64,000 nucleotides of DNA from Chrysomallon squamiferum. Lineage: Eukaryota; Animalia; Mollusca. A program made the translations under genes and the position numbers. The notes below the pieces were generated by a model. That model was not told the DNA's origin. It saw nothing but the letters and a program-made list of their open reading frames with translations, and ran no database searches. Positions within the stretch are counted from its first letter, which is position 1, and each line of letters starts with the position of its first letter. Where the stretch lies: the NCBI GenBank assembly GCA_012295275.1, contig CM022679.1, forward strand, positions 12,896,001 through 12,960,000, written 5' to 3'. Positions 1 through 14,489 of the stretch are shown here, piece by piece.

Positions 1-3000
1 TTGCCTTATGGCTGTACTACTATTAGCATTCTGAGGCAAATCGGTGCATTTGTTTTTAACAGTCTAATGCCCTTCCCTATTAATTCCAAACGGTTTTAAT
101 AATAATTTACCTGTGGAATTCATAACATCAGATCTGCAGAACACACCAAGATTAATTCGTTTTTCATCACAGCTAAAAATTTTCAAATGCTATGTAAAAT
201 TCTATTCTCTGTCAGATGCGGTTATTATGGACTATAATTAAATATTTCAGGATTATCAGGATCCAGTATAACATGGACATCATTTATGTTAATATGGCTT
301 TGCGGACATAATGCATACACATTCGGTGATCCTTCTCAGTACTAATTATTTTTGACATATCAAAATTATACACCTACCACTTAAATAATCTGCTGCAGAA
401 AGTAAATACCATATAAGACTATATTTATATTTGTTATGTTTGTTTAAATCTTGGCGTGGAGTACAGGATTGCATCTCACCATTTGACTGTGAATTATGAA
501 TGGCAGCTTTCTACTGAAACTAATTTGCTAACTCGTTAACCTAGATTATGAGTCGAGTTTGTCTAAATATGTCCGATTTACTTATGGTCTGATTAACTAT
601 TCCTTTACAGAGTGTTTAATTAATTGCTTAATTAACGTAAAAAGTAGATTTTGTGTGTTATCTAATTAAACTCTCTTATCAGAATCAAAACCATGTATTT
701 TTGTTTTCTAAGTTGAGTTTGCACCTTTAAGACACATACATATATATACATACACACATACATACATAAAAGCGTACGTACATATATACATATATATTAT
801 GTTATAGAAAGAACTTAGTATGTGTAAAACTTTAAAATATTTTTGCTGCTAAACACCACCTTACATATAACCACAAAATACATGGCGGTAAACATTATTA
901 CAATTGTTAATTTTATATATTTCCTACTACAGTTAACAAAGCCAGCTGATATGAATATAAAGCAGCTAAAATGCAGTAAAAGTATGTTTTCAAATATAAC
1001 TAATTTGAATTAACAGTTATCCTGAGTCACATCCAGAAACTGTAAAAACATCAACTATTGGAAAGGTCTTTTAACGACTATTAAACGTATTTTTTAAAGC
1101 AATTACTGACAGTACTGCTCTTTTTTATCTGCTAAAACTGGAAACAAATGTCTGACTCCATGAAAGAAAACTTTAAAAAAAACATTTATTGGTAACATGT
1201 TCTATAGTTATTGGTGTGTAGTATATACTTTTTACTAACATGTAAAGTGTTAGACATTAACCAATATACAAATAAAACAGCTACAACAACAAAATTAAAA
1301 CAAAAAGAAATCAAGTTAAACGAATATATAACTGATTCTTTTATTTTAAGAGCGAAATAATATAATAATTATTGCTTAATATTATTTATTTATTTTATTT
1401 TATTTTATTTTATTTTATTTTATTTTATTATTTTTTTTTATCTTATTTTATTTACTTTTTTGTCAATACACATTTATCTGTAAAGACAAAAACATGTTAA
1501 TTTGGTTTTAACATAATTGGCCTGGGGTGAAGAAGTCTTAGTCGTTTTAGTATTTTCATTTTTTTTATTCTGAGGTCCACTTATCTGATTAACCCATAAA
1601 ACTTAGAGTCATGATTTCCCTAGAGTATCTGATAAACAGCTTTTAAATATGTAATAAAATCATGCAGAAAATATGAAAATAATGCATTTTGTAAGTGTAT
1701 AGATAGATGTATGTACGTACGTATGTATATGTTTATGTATATATGTTTGGGTGTCTGTATGTGTGTTGTGTGTGAGTGTGTGTGTGTATTTTTTGTATGC
1801 ACGTACATATAAACCGATATAAGAATTTATGAATGTATAGTGGTATATTTATGGTGTAATTACATATAGACATTAAAGTATTTTTCACCTTTCTCTATCT
1901 GAATTCCAAGCTCTCTTTCTCTTTTTGCTTCACATTTATATACATACAGACATACGCACACAAAGGCATTCAGACAAACATACATAAATTCAGAATTAAT
2001 GTTTCATAAAAGGAAATAAAGACATGAAACATGATAACATCAAAAACGTATTTGTTAGCATTTCAGTAGGTATGCAGAATACATATAGTCATAGTAAATG
2101 CATTAACTACAGTTTGCATTTTACGTGTTCAGAAAGTTGGTCCAAGTTATTTTCTTATCGAAGAGGAAAATTCCTAAAATATCTCGGAGCTTCCAGGATT
2201 ATAAACACAGATTCAAAGTTTATGGTTCACAGGGCAATATTTTTTTTATATCTTCCGATAGGCAAAATTTGAAAAAAATAACTATTTTTATCACTAAGCT
2301 ATATCCATTGTAACGTGACTGTACTTTTGTTCCTAGTTTACTTTAAAACAATTTCATTATAATATAATTTTATTAATAAATGAATGAATGAAAGAATGAG
2401 TAAATAAACTAAATATAGATAACTAGAGAGAGAGAAACATAGACAGATAAATGAACAGACAGACGGATATAGTCAGAGAGATAAATAAATTAACAGAAAA
2501 CCGACGTCGATATATATACTGAAATATTTGGTTAAAATCATTTAGTCAAATTATTTAAGTGTTTCGTATTAAGAATCTAACAATACTAAGAAATATGACA
2601 TCTAACTGAAAATTAAATAAAAACAAACAAACAAAAAGCAAACATTATAGATTTGCCATAGGCGACTGAAATACATACATAAATATCTTCTAAAAGATAC
2701 TAAAAAATAATAAATAAATAAAATAAAATAAAATTAAGTTAATTTTTTTTTCAAATGTTAATGATTCAATGACTAAAATATCTTGACTTGTAATAATAAT
2801 AACTAAAAATTAAAAGTTAAAAGTCATGTTTTAAAAATTAAAAATTAAAAATTATGTTTTCAAAATTATTTCCCTTTAGTTTTATTTCAACAATAATTCC
2901 ATAGTGTTTAAATTAAATGGTAACAGAAAAGTGAGCAATTTTGCCTTAAAATACATTAATATTTGTGTTTTTGATAATCGTGAGTTTATACGGTGTTTGA

Positions 3001-3008
3001 TTTTTAAA

Positions 3009-3063
<55 letters not shown>

Positions 3064-3992
3064 CATCATCATCATTTTGTTATTGGTTTTCTTGTTTTTT
3101 TGTCAATGAGTTTAGAAAATTAATGATACGAAAGGTCTAGTGCATATGTCGTCAAATTCTTTAATATATATTCATAATAATAATAATAAAATAATAATGA
3201 TAATAATAACAATAATAATAATAATAAATATAATTTTTAATATTATTATATATTATAGACTCTTAATTATAGTAACAATTTTTTAAATAAACTGCAACTG
3301 AAATTTATATACCTATAATTTATAACAATAAAAATAATCATAACATTTAATCATGTTTCAGTGAGTCACAATGTTTGGCGTAAATCTACAACGACACGTG
3401 TGTTTTACGTAATGCATATCAATTTAATTACTGCTTGGTATTTATTATGACGATGTGATATATATCGTATAATAAAACATGTCACAAAACATATGACATA
3501 ATACAACATGATACGAAATGACACGATATAATCCGATCTGGTATCATATAATATGATAAGATATGATATGACATGATATGATATGATATGATAGTTGTTA
3601 CAACGATGTTACTTTGATCCGTTTTAAGATTTTCCAGATAAAACAAAGTTATTACTATACTTTAAAAAGCAGACGACAGAGGACCATTTACCAGTCTACG
3701 TAAACTACACAAAAACAGAAGCGTATCATCTGTCTTTGACTGTTTGACTGGACGAGCTATTAAATCGTCCCAGAAATGTTTACTTTTCATGGACCCTGTA
3801 CGTCAGCACTTAGAAAAACAGAGAGATTCGCTTCTGGTCATAACTGAAAGGCAGAAACCAAGGAGAAAAATGTGTTAAATGTTTTCTGTTAAATTAGCTG
3901 TGGATATAACAAATTGTTCTAAATTATTAAAGATAATCTTTTACGGAGAAATACTTTAATTCTTGATGATTTTATTTATTTATTTATTTTAG

Positions 3993-4024
<32 letters not shown>

Positions 4025-6660
4025 TTTTAATTTTGGTAGATTTTTTAATAAAAGACATGTTATCTGTTATGAGCTGTTGAATCATGTTATCTTACACTTG
4101 ACCTGAAATGTCTATAAATATTTATGAGACAATATCATAACGACAACAACAACAGCAACAATGATACAAAAAAAATACTACTGCTGCTGCTGCTACTACT
4201 ACTACTGCTACTACTACAACTACTACTACTACAACTACTACTACTATTACTACTACTACTAATAATAATAATAATGATGATGATGATGATAATGATAATT
4301 ACAGTAAATAAATAAATAAATAAATAAAATTATTTCGACAAATCTTCGCAGGTGGTATAATAAAGTTATATTAATAAAGATATATTAAAATATTATCCGA
4401 TAAACAATGAGTTCACAAGTTTAACCATACTTTACACACTTGGCGAGCAAACGTCATTTTAGTTTACAACACATGTCGAAACGCTTTCTGAACGAGGTGG
4501 CTTGCCGTTGTATGTTTACATCTAATCAGGGACAGCGCCTTATAGCCTGGTAAAACGCTTTCGTTACCAAGGCTTTGTAACACAAAATACTGACAACCGT
4601 AAACGACAGATGAATTTATATGACGGTTACCTAGCAACAGCATGGTCATTAATAAATATGGATACGTAACTAGGATAGCAGATTTGTCATTCAAGACTCG
4701 AACAGATAAAAATGTTGAGGTTACTGTGATGTGAAACATCTTGAGTATGCATTTTTGTGCGTGAGCATGTGCCAGTGTATGTGTATGGTTATCTTTTTGC
4801 GATTGCTTCTATAAAACGGTAATAATACGAATAAATAAATTAAAAAAATTAAAAAATTTTAAAAAAAAAAAAAAAAACCCAACAAAAAAACGTTAAACAT
4901 ATCTCAACACAATTAAATATTAACTGATATTAAACTGTAAAATAAATAATCACCATAAACCTTTTTAATTATCTTCTTCGCATGATTAGATCTTTGATAA
5001 ACCAGATACAATGAACAGGCTGGAGAATAACTTGAAAAGAATTTGACCGCGGTCCGCCATTATTCAGGAATACGTATTAACCATTAAACTACTGAATAAC
5101 TGAAATTGTACATGTTCCAGCCTATCAGCCATTTGAAACAGGATGCATGGACTGTTTGTCAAAAACACTTTTAATACTAAATTCGAAATGTAGTTTGCTT
5201 TAACTTATAATATCACTTCTTGTGAGGACCAATAAGGAGAAGCGATCCCAGAATCTGTCCATCGTTAAGCTTATAGCTTAACCTCTGTTCTCCTGGTGTA
5301 TGTATACCGTACCTGGCGCCTCCAATATAAAGAATGATAAATTACTTATATGATATGGTAGAAACAATAGATTGTAAGCTGTTATATAAAATGACATGCG
5401 TTATAATAAATTATTTGTCAAGAGATAATGAAATACATACAGATGATTACGTAAGAGTGTGTCAGTAATTGTTATTTATAGTTCCATAAACCACAAGAGT
5501 AGTAAGAGATAATATAAATTAGAGGGAATTTGTTTTGATAAATAAGTAATTTTGTTAATTATAATTGATTTATTTATGTATTTTCTTTTTCTTTATTATT
5601 ATTATTATTATTATTGATTTACTATTTGTACATTTTACTTTTACTTTACTACTTTTATTATTATTATTATTATCATTATTATTATTATTTCTCTTTTAAA
5701 AGAAATATATTTTTGTATACCTATTTTTATAACAGCACCATCGTTTATATGCGTATGTTTGTGCGTGTATATTTGGATGTGTGCTTGTATGTGAGTATGT
5801 GTATGTGTGTTGTATTTACACGACTGGACTGGTTATATCTGTATTTGTTTCAGTTTTAGATTAATGATTAGAGTACTGTTTTAACACAGATTCCTCTGCC
5901 TTTGTGTATAAAAAAAATATTGTTTTGTACGTCGAATGGTACTGTATAATAAGTCGTAGTATAGTGGAATCTATTATATTAAGACTTGGTATGGCACTGC
6001 GAGATTATAATGTATTAAAGCATATGGTGTCGCGTAGTTTTATCAGGTGTGTTGCGTTATCATTTCTGACAGATAAAATATATGTAATCTTTCACTGAAC
6101 ACGTCCTTCCAGGTAACATTTTAATTTAAGGTATAAATTAGTAGAACAACAGTAGTTGTGTCAACACTGTTAACAAACGAGGACGAATGTAAAATACTGG
6201 TTTCGACTGCAGACACGCGTGCCTGAAACTGATGGTGGAAATTACAACACAGAGCAGGCTACAAGTCGCTGTCAAACTGCAACACTTGAAGCTGCATAAA
6301 CCAGAAGAGTTTAACAAATAAGACAAGTGTACGAGTCTGATAAACTTACACTGCTGACTGTCGCAGACCCGAGGCACGAGAAAGGATTAGATGAACGAAT
6401 GCTGTTAGTGTGGATCGTTGAACTTGAAAACTTGAACTGAATCGTTTTGGGAGAAAAGATTAGATGGACAAAACAAATGATGTGGATTGTTGATTTTTAA
6501 CATTCTGCTGAATGATATCTTGTGTTACCATACACAAATTATCAGAAAGATAGTTGGTGGTTAGATAAAAACGATCCAAGTTTATTAGAGATTAGGGCAG
6601 AATTTGAAGTCGGATCTTATTTTGATTAAAAAGAGAAGAAGAAGAAAAGAGGAAGAAAAA

Positions 6661-7704
6661 ATGGACTACAGAGATTCATCTAAATTTAATGTGAACAAGA
6701 GATGGATTTATTTCATGGTGTTTCTGATTGTGGCACTCCCTGTTATTGTTGGGATCATTGTATGGCAGGCCATGCCAAAGTGCGACACTTCTCCAAGAAA
6801 AGACGAAACAACGGGAAACGACTCCTCAACCATTCCTAAACAAGAACCATGGAAAAATCTTCGACTTCCGCGCTACATTGTACCTCTACACTACGACTTG
6901 ACTTTGTACCCTGATTTCTATGGCAACCACGGTTGGTTCTATGGCAACGAGACGATAGAAATCGAAATTAAGAAAGATACTAATGTCCTGCTGATACATT
7001 ACAAATACATGAACATCACCAGAACCGCTCTGAGAGTAAATTCCACCAATGCGGAGCTCGCCATAAAGAGAACCTTTGGTTACGATCCCAATGAGTTTTG
7101 GGTAATCGAGACGAAGGATGTGATAAATGCTGGAACTGTGGTAAAATTAGATTTACAATTCGACGCATCGCTGACAAAGGCTATTGTTGGGTTTTATAAG
7201 AGTACCTACACAAATTCTATCACAGGTGAAAAAAGGTAAGAAATGTAACAAGCGAACCAAATAATGGAAACATTATTATATAATTATTTGAAATGATGCA
7301 GTTTAGAAAGTATTTATATTTATATAAGTGGTTAATTTAGAGAAATGTTCCGATTATATATTGTTTATCGTATATTTTATATTCGTATATGATTTTCATA
7401 ATTATTTTAGAAATTTGGTTTCATCAAAGTTTGAACCAGTGAACGCAAGGAAAGCTTTTCCTTGTTTTGACGAGCCCAACATCAAAGCCGAATACACCAT
7501 AACCCTAATCCATGCTGCGTCTTATACACCACTGTCCAATATGCCCCAGCACAGAACCAGGTACCAGTGTTTTTCAGTATTCTTCTGTAACGTATTCGGA
7601 ACGTTTCGTACCTTTTCGTAAATTCGACAAAATGCTGTAACGGAATTATTACTGATTTCAATATTACATATTAACGTTTTAAAATTATTTTACTTTTTAG
7701 TTTT

Positions 7705-7748
<44 letters not shown>

Positions 7749-10017
7749 GTTGTTGTTTTTATTGTTGTTGTTGTTGTTGTTTTTATTATTATTAAATTCT
7801 TTTTGCAGTTTTAATGCTGTTATTGTGATAACTGTTTTCCTCTTTGTGTTTTTTTATTAACAAATTTTAAGAGATGAAAATATTTCAACTAACCTTATTT
7901 AATTACAGCTTCATGCAAAAAATAATATGATATGATGTGATAGAACAATATGATATGACATGAAATGATATTATATGAAACAACACCATACAATCCGATC
8001 TGATATATGATATGATATGAAGTGATATTATATGATATTTTACAGCTAAAAATAACATTAACATTAAATAACTTTAAATCAATGAGGTTTCAGAGATTAG
8101 AACACGCCCGCAATGACAGATATGATAATACAGTGCAGTATCATACAGTTCAGAATCAAATAATTCAATACAATACAATACAGAGCAACACAATCAGCAC
8201 TGTGTAATACAATTCAACAGAGTGCAGAGTAATATCATACATTACATAATAATAGTAAATCAGTGCAACACTCAATACTACATTGCAATACAATGCAATA
8301 CAATGCACTGGATACAGTGCAATACAATACCATACCATACAGTACAATGTAATGCAATATATTGTAATGTAATCTAAAGCGGTACAATACAATACAATGT
8401 AATATCATATATTGTATTAATATACTGTTTTACAGCCAAAAGACTGGTTGAATAACTTGAAGTCAACGACGTTCCAGAGATCAGTGAAGATGAGCACGTA
8501 TCTCGTCTGTTTCATTGTCTGTGACTTTGATTACAAACAGGCAGTTACCTCGACAGGAAAACAGGTGACGTAATACTGATTTCTTTTGTGATATTTTAAA
8601 TTTTAATTAAAAATGTTTACCCCCGACAGGATATAATAGTGGCGTAAATTTGTATGTTCAAGGCCAGCACTATATAAGATAATGATACAAAATGCTCTTG
8701 AGAATTCGTTTATTGAAGCTGACATTCTCCTTTTTTTATCATGACGTCATGTCGTATATAAAATTATCAAACAAATATATATTTATGTATGTAATTTAAT
8801 AAATAAATATAAATGTAAATATAAAGAAAGTAAGAAAATAATATAATCCTAATAAATTAAAATACTGCTGAATTATATTCTTTCTTTCATTTATTTCTTC
8901 ATTCTTTAATTAATTAATTCCTTCTTTCATTCTGTTTCTCTATCTTACTTTCATTTTGATTAAATATTTTATAGGCAAAAGGTAATTGTCGTAAAAATAC
9001 ACTTGAAAAAACTGTATTTACTGTTTATCAACTTAATCAAGTATTTCAGTGCTTTTCAAGAGAGCCTGGGTCATGCACACACTTTGTTTATCTCCATAAC
9101 CTTTTTCTTATTTACTACCCAATTTACGTTTATGAAAGTCCTTCAGGCTTAAGCACATCCGCCAAACACTTATATTTTTCATTGTTGTATTTTCTTGTTC
9201 AAAGATTCGGGTCTATGCCACTCCAGATAAGGTTAACCAAACAATGTACGCTTTGAACATGCTGAAACACACAATGGAAGAGTACGAGAAACTGTTTCAG
9301 TTGCCGTATCCTCTACCAAAACAAGGTGATAACAACCGAAGACGTTATTTTTGTTTTTTATCTTCATCTCCGTAGTCTGTATCTCAGTTGCTGCTTTTTT
9401 CTCTCCCCTTTTTTTTTATCTACCTAATGTCCAAATTATAAACAGACAAACAAATGAACGAATAAAAATTAGTTTTGTATACATGTATAATAAGACACAC
9501 GTTTAGATGAAAATGTCAAATGAAGATGTCGAGCATAACAGTAATAACCACAGTACAATCAGAAACAACGGCTACGACAACAAAAATAATGACAGTAATA
9601 ACAAAAAACAACGACAATAACAAAAACAGCATAACAGCAGCAACAACAACAACAACAATACGAATTCTTTGCTTTTTTTTACAGCATCTGTTTACTTTCA
9701 AGAAAAATCAAACAAAACAAAACGGTTTTTATTTAATCTTGTTTTAATCTCTCTCTAGACATGATAGCCATCCCAGACTTTGTGTCTGGAGCCATGGAGC
9801 ACTGGGGGCTAATCACGTACAGGGAAACCAACATCTTGTACGACCCCCGGGAGGCGTCCTCTGTAAACAAACAGAGGGTGGCGTCTGTGATCGCTCACGA
9901 GGTCGCTCACCAGGTTTGGAATTGAAAATTTCGTTTTATTTGTTTAGATTTACTTTACATATCAGTTACATATATACCCTTGAACTTAGTATGGAAAAGG
10001 CGCTTTATAAATATGAT

Positions 10018-10050
<33 letters not shown>

Positions 10051-12471
10051 TATCGTTATTGAAGATTGAGGCTTGATAGGTTGCAGGATCAACTCTCTTC
10101 AGTGGTCATAGTTGTTTGGTTTTAATTATAGCTAGTTCAAAAAATATATAGAAAGATCACTTTTAGCTAATTGATAAAATTAACATGCAGAAAAATGGTG
10201 GTCCATAAATTTATATAAAAACACCTACGTGAAAAATCCCAAAATATTTCGATTTTTTTTATTATACACATACACATATAGAGTTCGCTGTTCATTCCTT
10301 GGATGAAAGATATATATACAGTTTTGTATTATTCTGTTATATATAACCCTGTGGTTATCAAGAACATGTAAGCCATATTCTACTATTTAAAAGTAGTAAT
10401 TCATTAGGTACAAAAATGTTGTAAATTATTTGCAGTGGTTTGGTAACATTGTCACAATGGACTGGTGGGATGATCTGTGGTTAAATGAAGGGTTCGCTTC
10501 GTTCATGGAGTACATCGGTGTCAACAGCTATGAAACTCAGTGGGAAATGGTTTGTTATACAGCTATACATAATAAATAATTACAAATAACAGATAAAATA
10601 AATGTTGCTCTGTATGTGTGTGTATGTATATTATTATGTATATGTAATTATCTTCTATCTGTCTGATCGTCTATATATATATAGTCTTATCTATCCGTCG
10701 ATATATGTGTCTGTGTGTATGTTTGTATATGTATATTTGAATTTATAAATATTTGTTTATGTGTTTATGTATGTATGTATCTGTATGTATGTATCTGTGT
10801 ATATGTATATATATGTCCCTGTGTGCATATATGTTTGTATTTTCTTGTATGGGTTGTTTACAATTATTTAAGACGTTTGTAATATTTTATTTATTTCATC
10901 CATTTGTATATCTACCAGTTCATCTCTTGTAATATTATTTTCTCTTTCTAGATGGACCAGTTTCCGATAGTTGATCAGCAGCCAGTGATGATAACTGACG
11001 CCGGTGTTCAGTCGCATCCCATTGTAGTACCAGTTCCACAAACCGACGGAAATCAACGAAGTATTCGACTCGATATCCTACAGCAAGGTTTGTAGTCATC
11101 TTGAACCAGTGTAAATCTACACACAACAGTTATTACTGACCATGTGTTAGGAAGAAATGTCTGCTGAGCTGGGCCCATTCAAGGCATCCTTGAATATTAT
11201 TTGAATGAAACGTGATAGGAAATGGCTTCATACACATTATTCACACAAAGAATTGACATACTTTGGCCGAGGATTCTTTATCTTTTGAAGCATAGTTTGC
11301 AATTGTGTTTCGTAAAACCGATGAATGATATAGCGTATAGTGAATGAAATTCGAGGGAGAATATGACCGAAATTATCCAACACACGAAGAAATGTAGTCG
11401 CGGCAGAATTAAATTAGGTGATTAAAAACTCAAGGGTCAATGAAACTGAAATATTTAACGTTTGTTTACCTACATCTGTAGCAGACAATAATCTAAAAAT
11501 ATTCTTTACACCTCCCAGTTATTAATTTATTGTCTTCAACGATCTGTTATCATTAATAATAAAATATGATAATAAAATAAAATAATAATAATAAGATGAA
11601 AAAGTTTACCCAATCACAGCAAGAGTTGTGATGTCATCTTTTACATGACGGACCAGCGTTTAAGTTTTTTTCTTCCTTTGAAAATATTTTGGAGTAAATA
11701 TTTGCATTTTCTAAAAAAAAAAAATTTAACTTTTGTTTGTTTGCCTTGGGCGATAATTTGTTGTATTGTTAACGGAAGCAAGCAGACACAAAGCACGTTT
11801 GTGTTTCCAGTAAGCAGTTACAAACTCTTTAGCAAATCCATGGCGATGTACAAGTAAAGAGAAAACTGACCAATTTAAAAACATTTGTCAGACTTCAGTG
11901 AAACAATCTGTCAAGTTTATACAGCATAATTGTTTTCTTATCTCTTTTTCTCTCTCTCTCTTTTTTTTAAAAATCAGGTCATGAGGTAGATTATTTAAAA
12001 TATCTTTCTATAATGGGGAAAAAAATTACATTTTAAGTGTATCTGTCAAATTTGCACAGTGTAAATATTATTTTACACAAATGGCTTGAAATATCAGTGA
12101 AGGTAAATTGCATGGTAAACAATGAAAAACAATACTATTTTATTACACAAAAAAGCATTTTTTTTTTTTTTTTAACCGCATAACGTATAATAAGAAAGCA
12201 AATCTAATTTTATTCAGCATACTTGCACATTTTATTTTCTTTCTTTTTTTAAATATCCAGCCCAATAATGAATTATGGAGTTCAGTTTAAAAAATCTGGA
12301 ATTTTGTTGGAATACAGTTATTGTAATGTTTTCTGTAGTAAGTATAATATGTACTGATTGCATATCACAACTGTTTGTCACTACACACGTCTGTCGTTTT
12401 TCAGGGTGCCTCTGTGATTCTCATGCTGGAATCCATTATGGGACATGATAGGTTTTTTGAAGGAATCGCAG

Positions 12472-12505
<34 letters not shown>

Positions 12506-12695
12506 CATCATCATGAAAAATAAATTCCAAAACTAATAAAATAATATTAAATACGATTTGTTTATGACACTTAAAGATACACATACACACACACACGCAC
12601 GCACACACACATACATCTATACATACCAGTATATAATTTTCCCTACCTTAATTTGTAATGTAGACCTACACATCATTAAATTTGTTCTAGTTCTT

Positions 12696-12742
<47 letters not shown>

Positions 12743-12749
12743 TATTATG

Positions 12750-12818
<69 letters not shown>

Positions 12819-14160
12819 TTTAAAATTTAAAATTTTATTTATTTTTGTTTTTAACTACAGACGTATCTGAAGAAATTCCAGTGGGGAAATGCTGTAACAG
12901 ATGATCTGTGGAATTCTCTTAGTGGGGTAAACTCTCACATTTCTTCACACACACACTTCCCCAATTTTCTCTCAGAAAACTTAGTCAGTGATGAATCTAT
13001 GATTTCTGTAAAGTATCTGTGAATGTGCGATAAAAAATTCAATATTTATAACATATCAGTATATATCTGCCTGTCTGTCTATATGCTCATCCATTTTCTT
13101 ATATATATATAGGTTACTAAATACCTTCCACCCCACCTACCAGCCTAACAAAACCAGTTGCTACGAATTAAATGCACGGCCCAGCTATTTCTTTCTCATG
13201 TTTCTTGACTGAAAACTAGTACTGTTTACCTGTCTATCATTTGTGAAATCTTGAGACTGTTTTATTCATGCTTTACCTGAAGGTAAACATTTCGTACGTG
13301 ATTCACGGTATTTTAATCGTTACATGATACTTGTTTATTGAAATATTGAGGCTATTACTCCTACAGAAATATGTTATTAATATATTCATGTTCACCGATA
13401 CCAAGGTAATATACAGCAAAGTTGATTATATATTTAATCCTTTTCTGGAAAATAATCAAAAGAGAGTGAACGAAAAAGAATTAAATTATGTTATACAGAT
13501 ATAAGAACAATGTAAACATATATTTAATTCCAGTGTATATTCATAGTATTATAATTGAAATATCACTATAATTTCACAACAATTTCCTAATTTAAATTTA
13601 ATAAAAATAAAAAATAAAGATTTCATTTAAAAAAATTTTCGTCTGTTCGAATACGATAAAAATAAGCCACAAATAATAATTAATTTGCACAGTTTATGTT
13701 ATGAATTATTATTATTATATCAACACCTTGATCAACACCATTATCACAATTAGCATAATTAATTTTTGTTATTGTTGCTGCCGTCGTTGTGACTATTATT
13801 ATGCAGCTGAATATAAACAGAATACTGGTGAACATTCTATCTCGGACAGTGAACCTGGCCAATTTTCAGGAGCATTTTAATTACAATATGACTAATCCCA
13901 ATGAATCCCAGTGTTAAATTTCTTTCATTTCCTTCATTTTTTGTTCTTTGCTTCAGGTACCAGGCGCTCCTAACGTGAAACACATAATGGACACGTGGAC
14001 CAGACAAATGGGATTCCCTTACATAACCATTAACTTCATGTCATCCGGAAGCGGAAAAACTTCCGTTTCCGCTAAGCAAAAGCGCTACCTAGCGGATCCT
14101 TCTGCTACTTTCAATGCAAGTGATTCTGAATTTGGGTAAGGATTTATAATATCATTTGTT

Positions 14161-14191
<31 letters not shown>

Positions 14192-14445
14192 TTGTGTTTG
14201 TTTGTTCCTGGGGATACGGTAAAATGCTGATGATGTTATTACTAAATTAACAATAGCTGCTACCAACGCTGCTGCTACATTCCAATTATTATTATTAATA
14301 CCACAGCAACAACAATAATAATATCTAGTACCACTATAACTATTTCTTATACATTACTGATAAATCAAGATAATAAAAATAAATCTATTTATTTGTCGTA
14401 CTCTTATCATCTATTTTGCGTTGATTATAACTATTATTATTGTTA

Positions 14446-14489
<44 letters not shown>

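Noticed and set aside
111-513. Two exon-like segments on - strand (513-480 and 172-111) with AG/GT boundaries
   Set aside because: Their open frames are not phase-compatible and the peptides are unrecognisable; could be UTR exons of an off-window gene or chance.
3666-3878. ~70-codon stop-free + strand frame (DDRGPFTSLRKLH…)
   Set aside because: No convincing start or splice context and no recognisable homology.
4464-5060. Minus-strand ATGGCG signal-peptide-like frame at ~5060 and the 91-aa ORF 4464-4739
   Set aside because: Joining them gives an early stop; no family motif.
6604-6660. ORF-track N-terminal extension of the aminopeptidase
   Set aside because: It starts at TTG; the first ATG in good context is 6661 and gives a typical short cytoplasmic tail.
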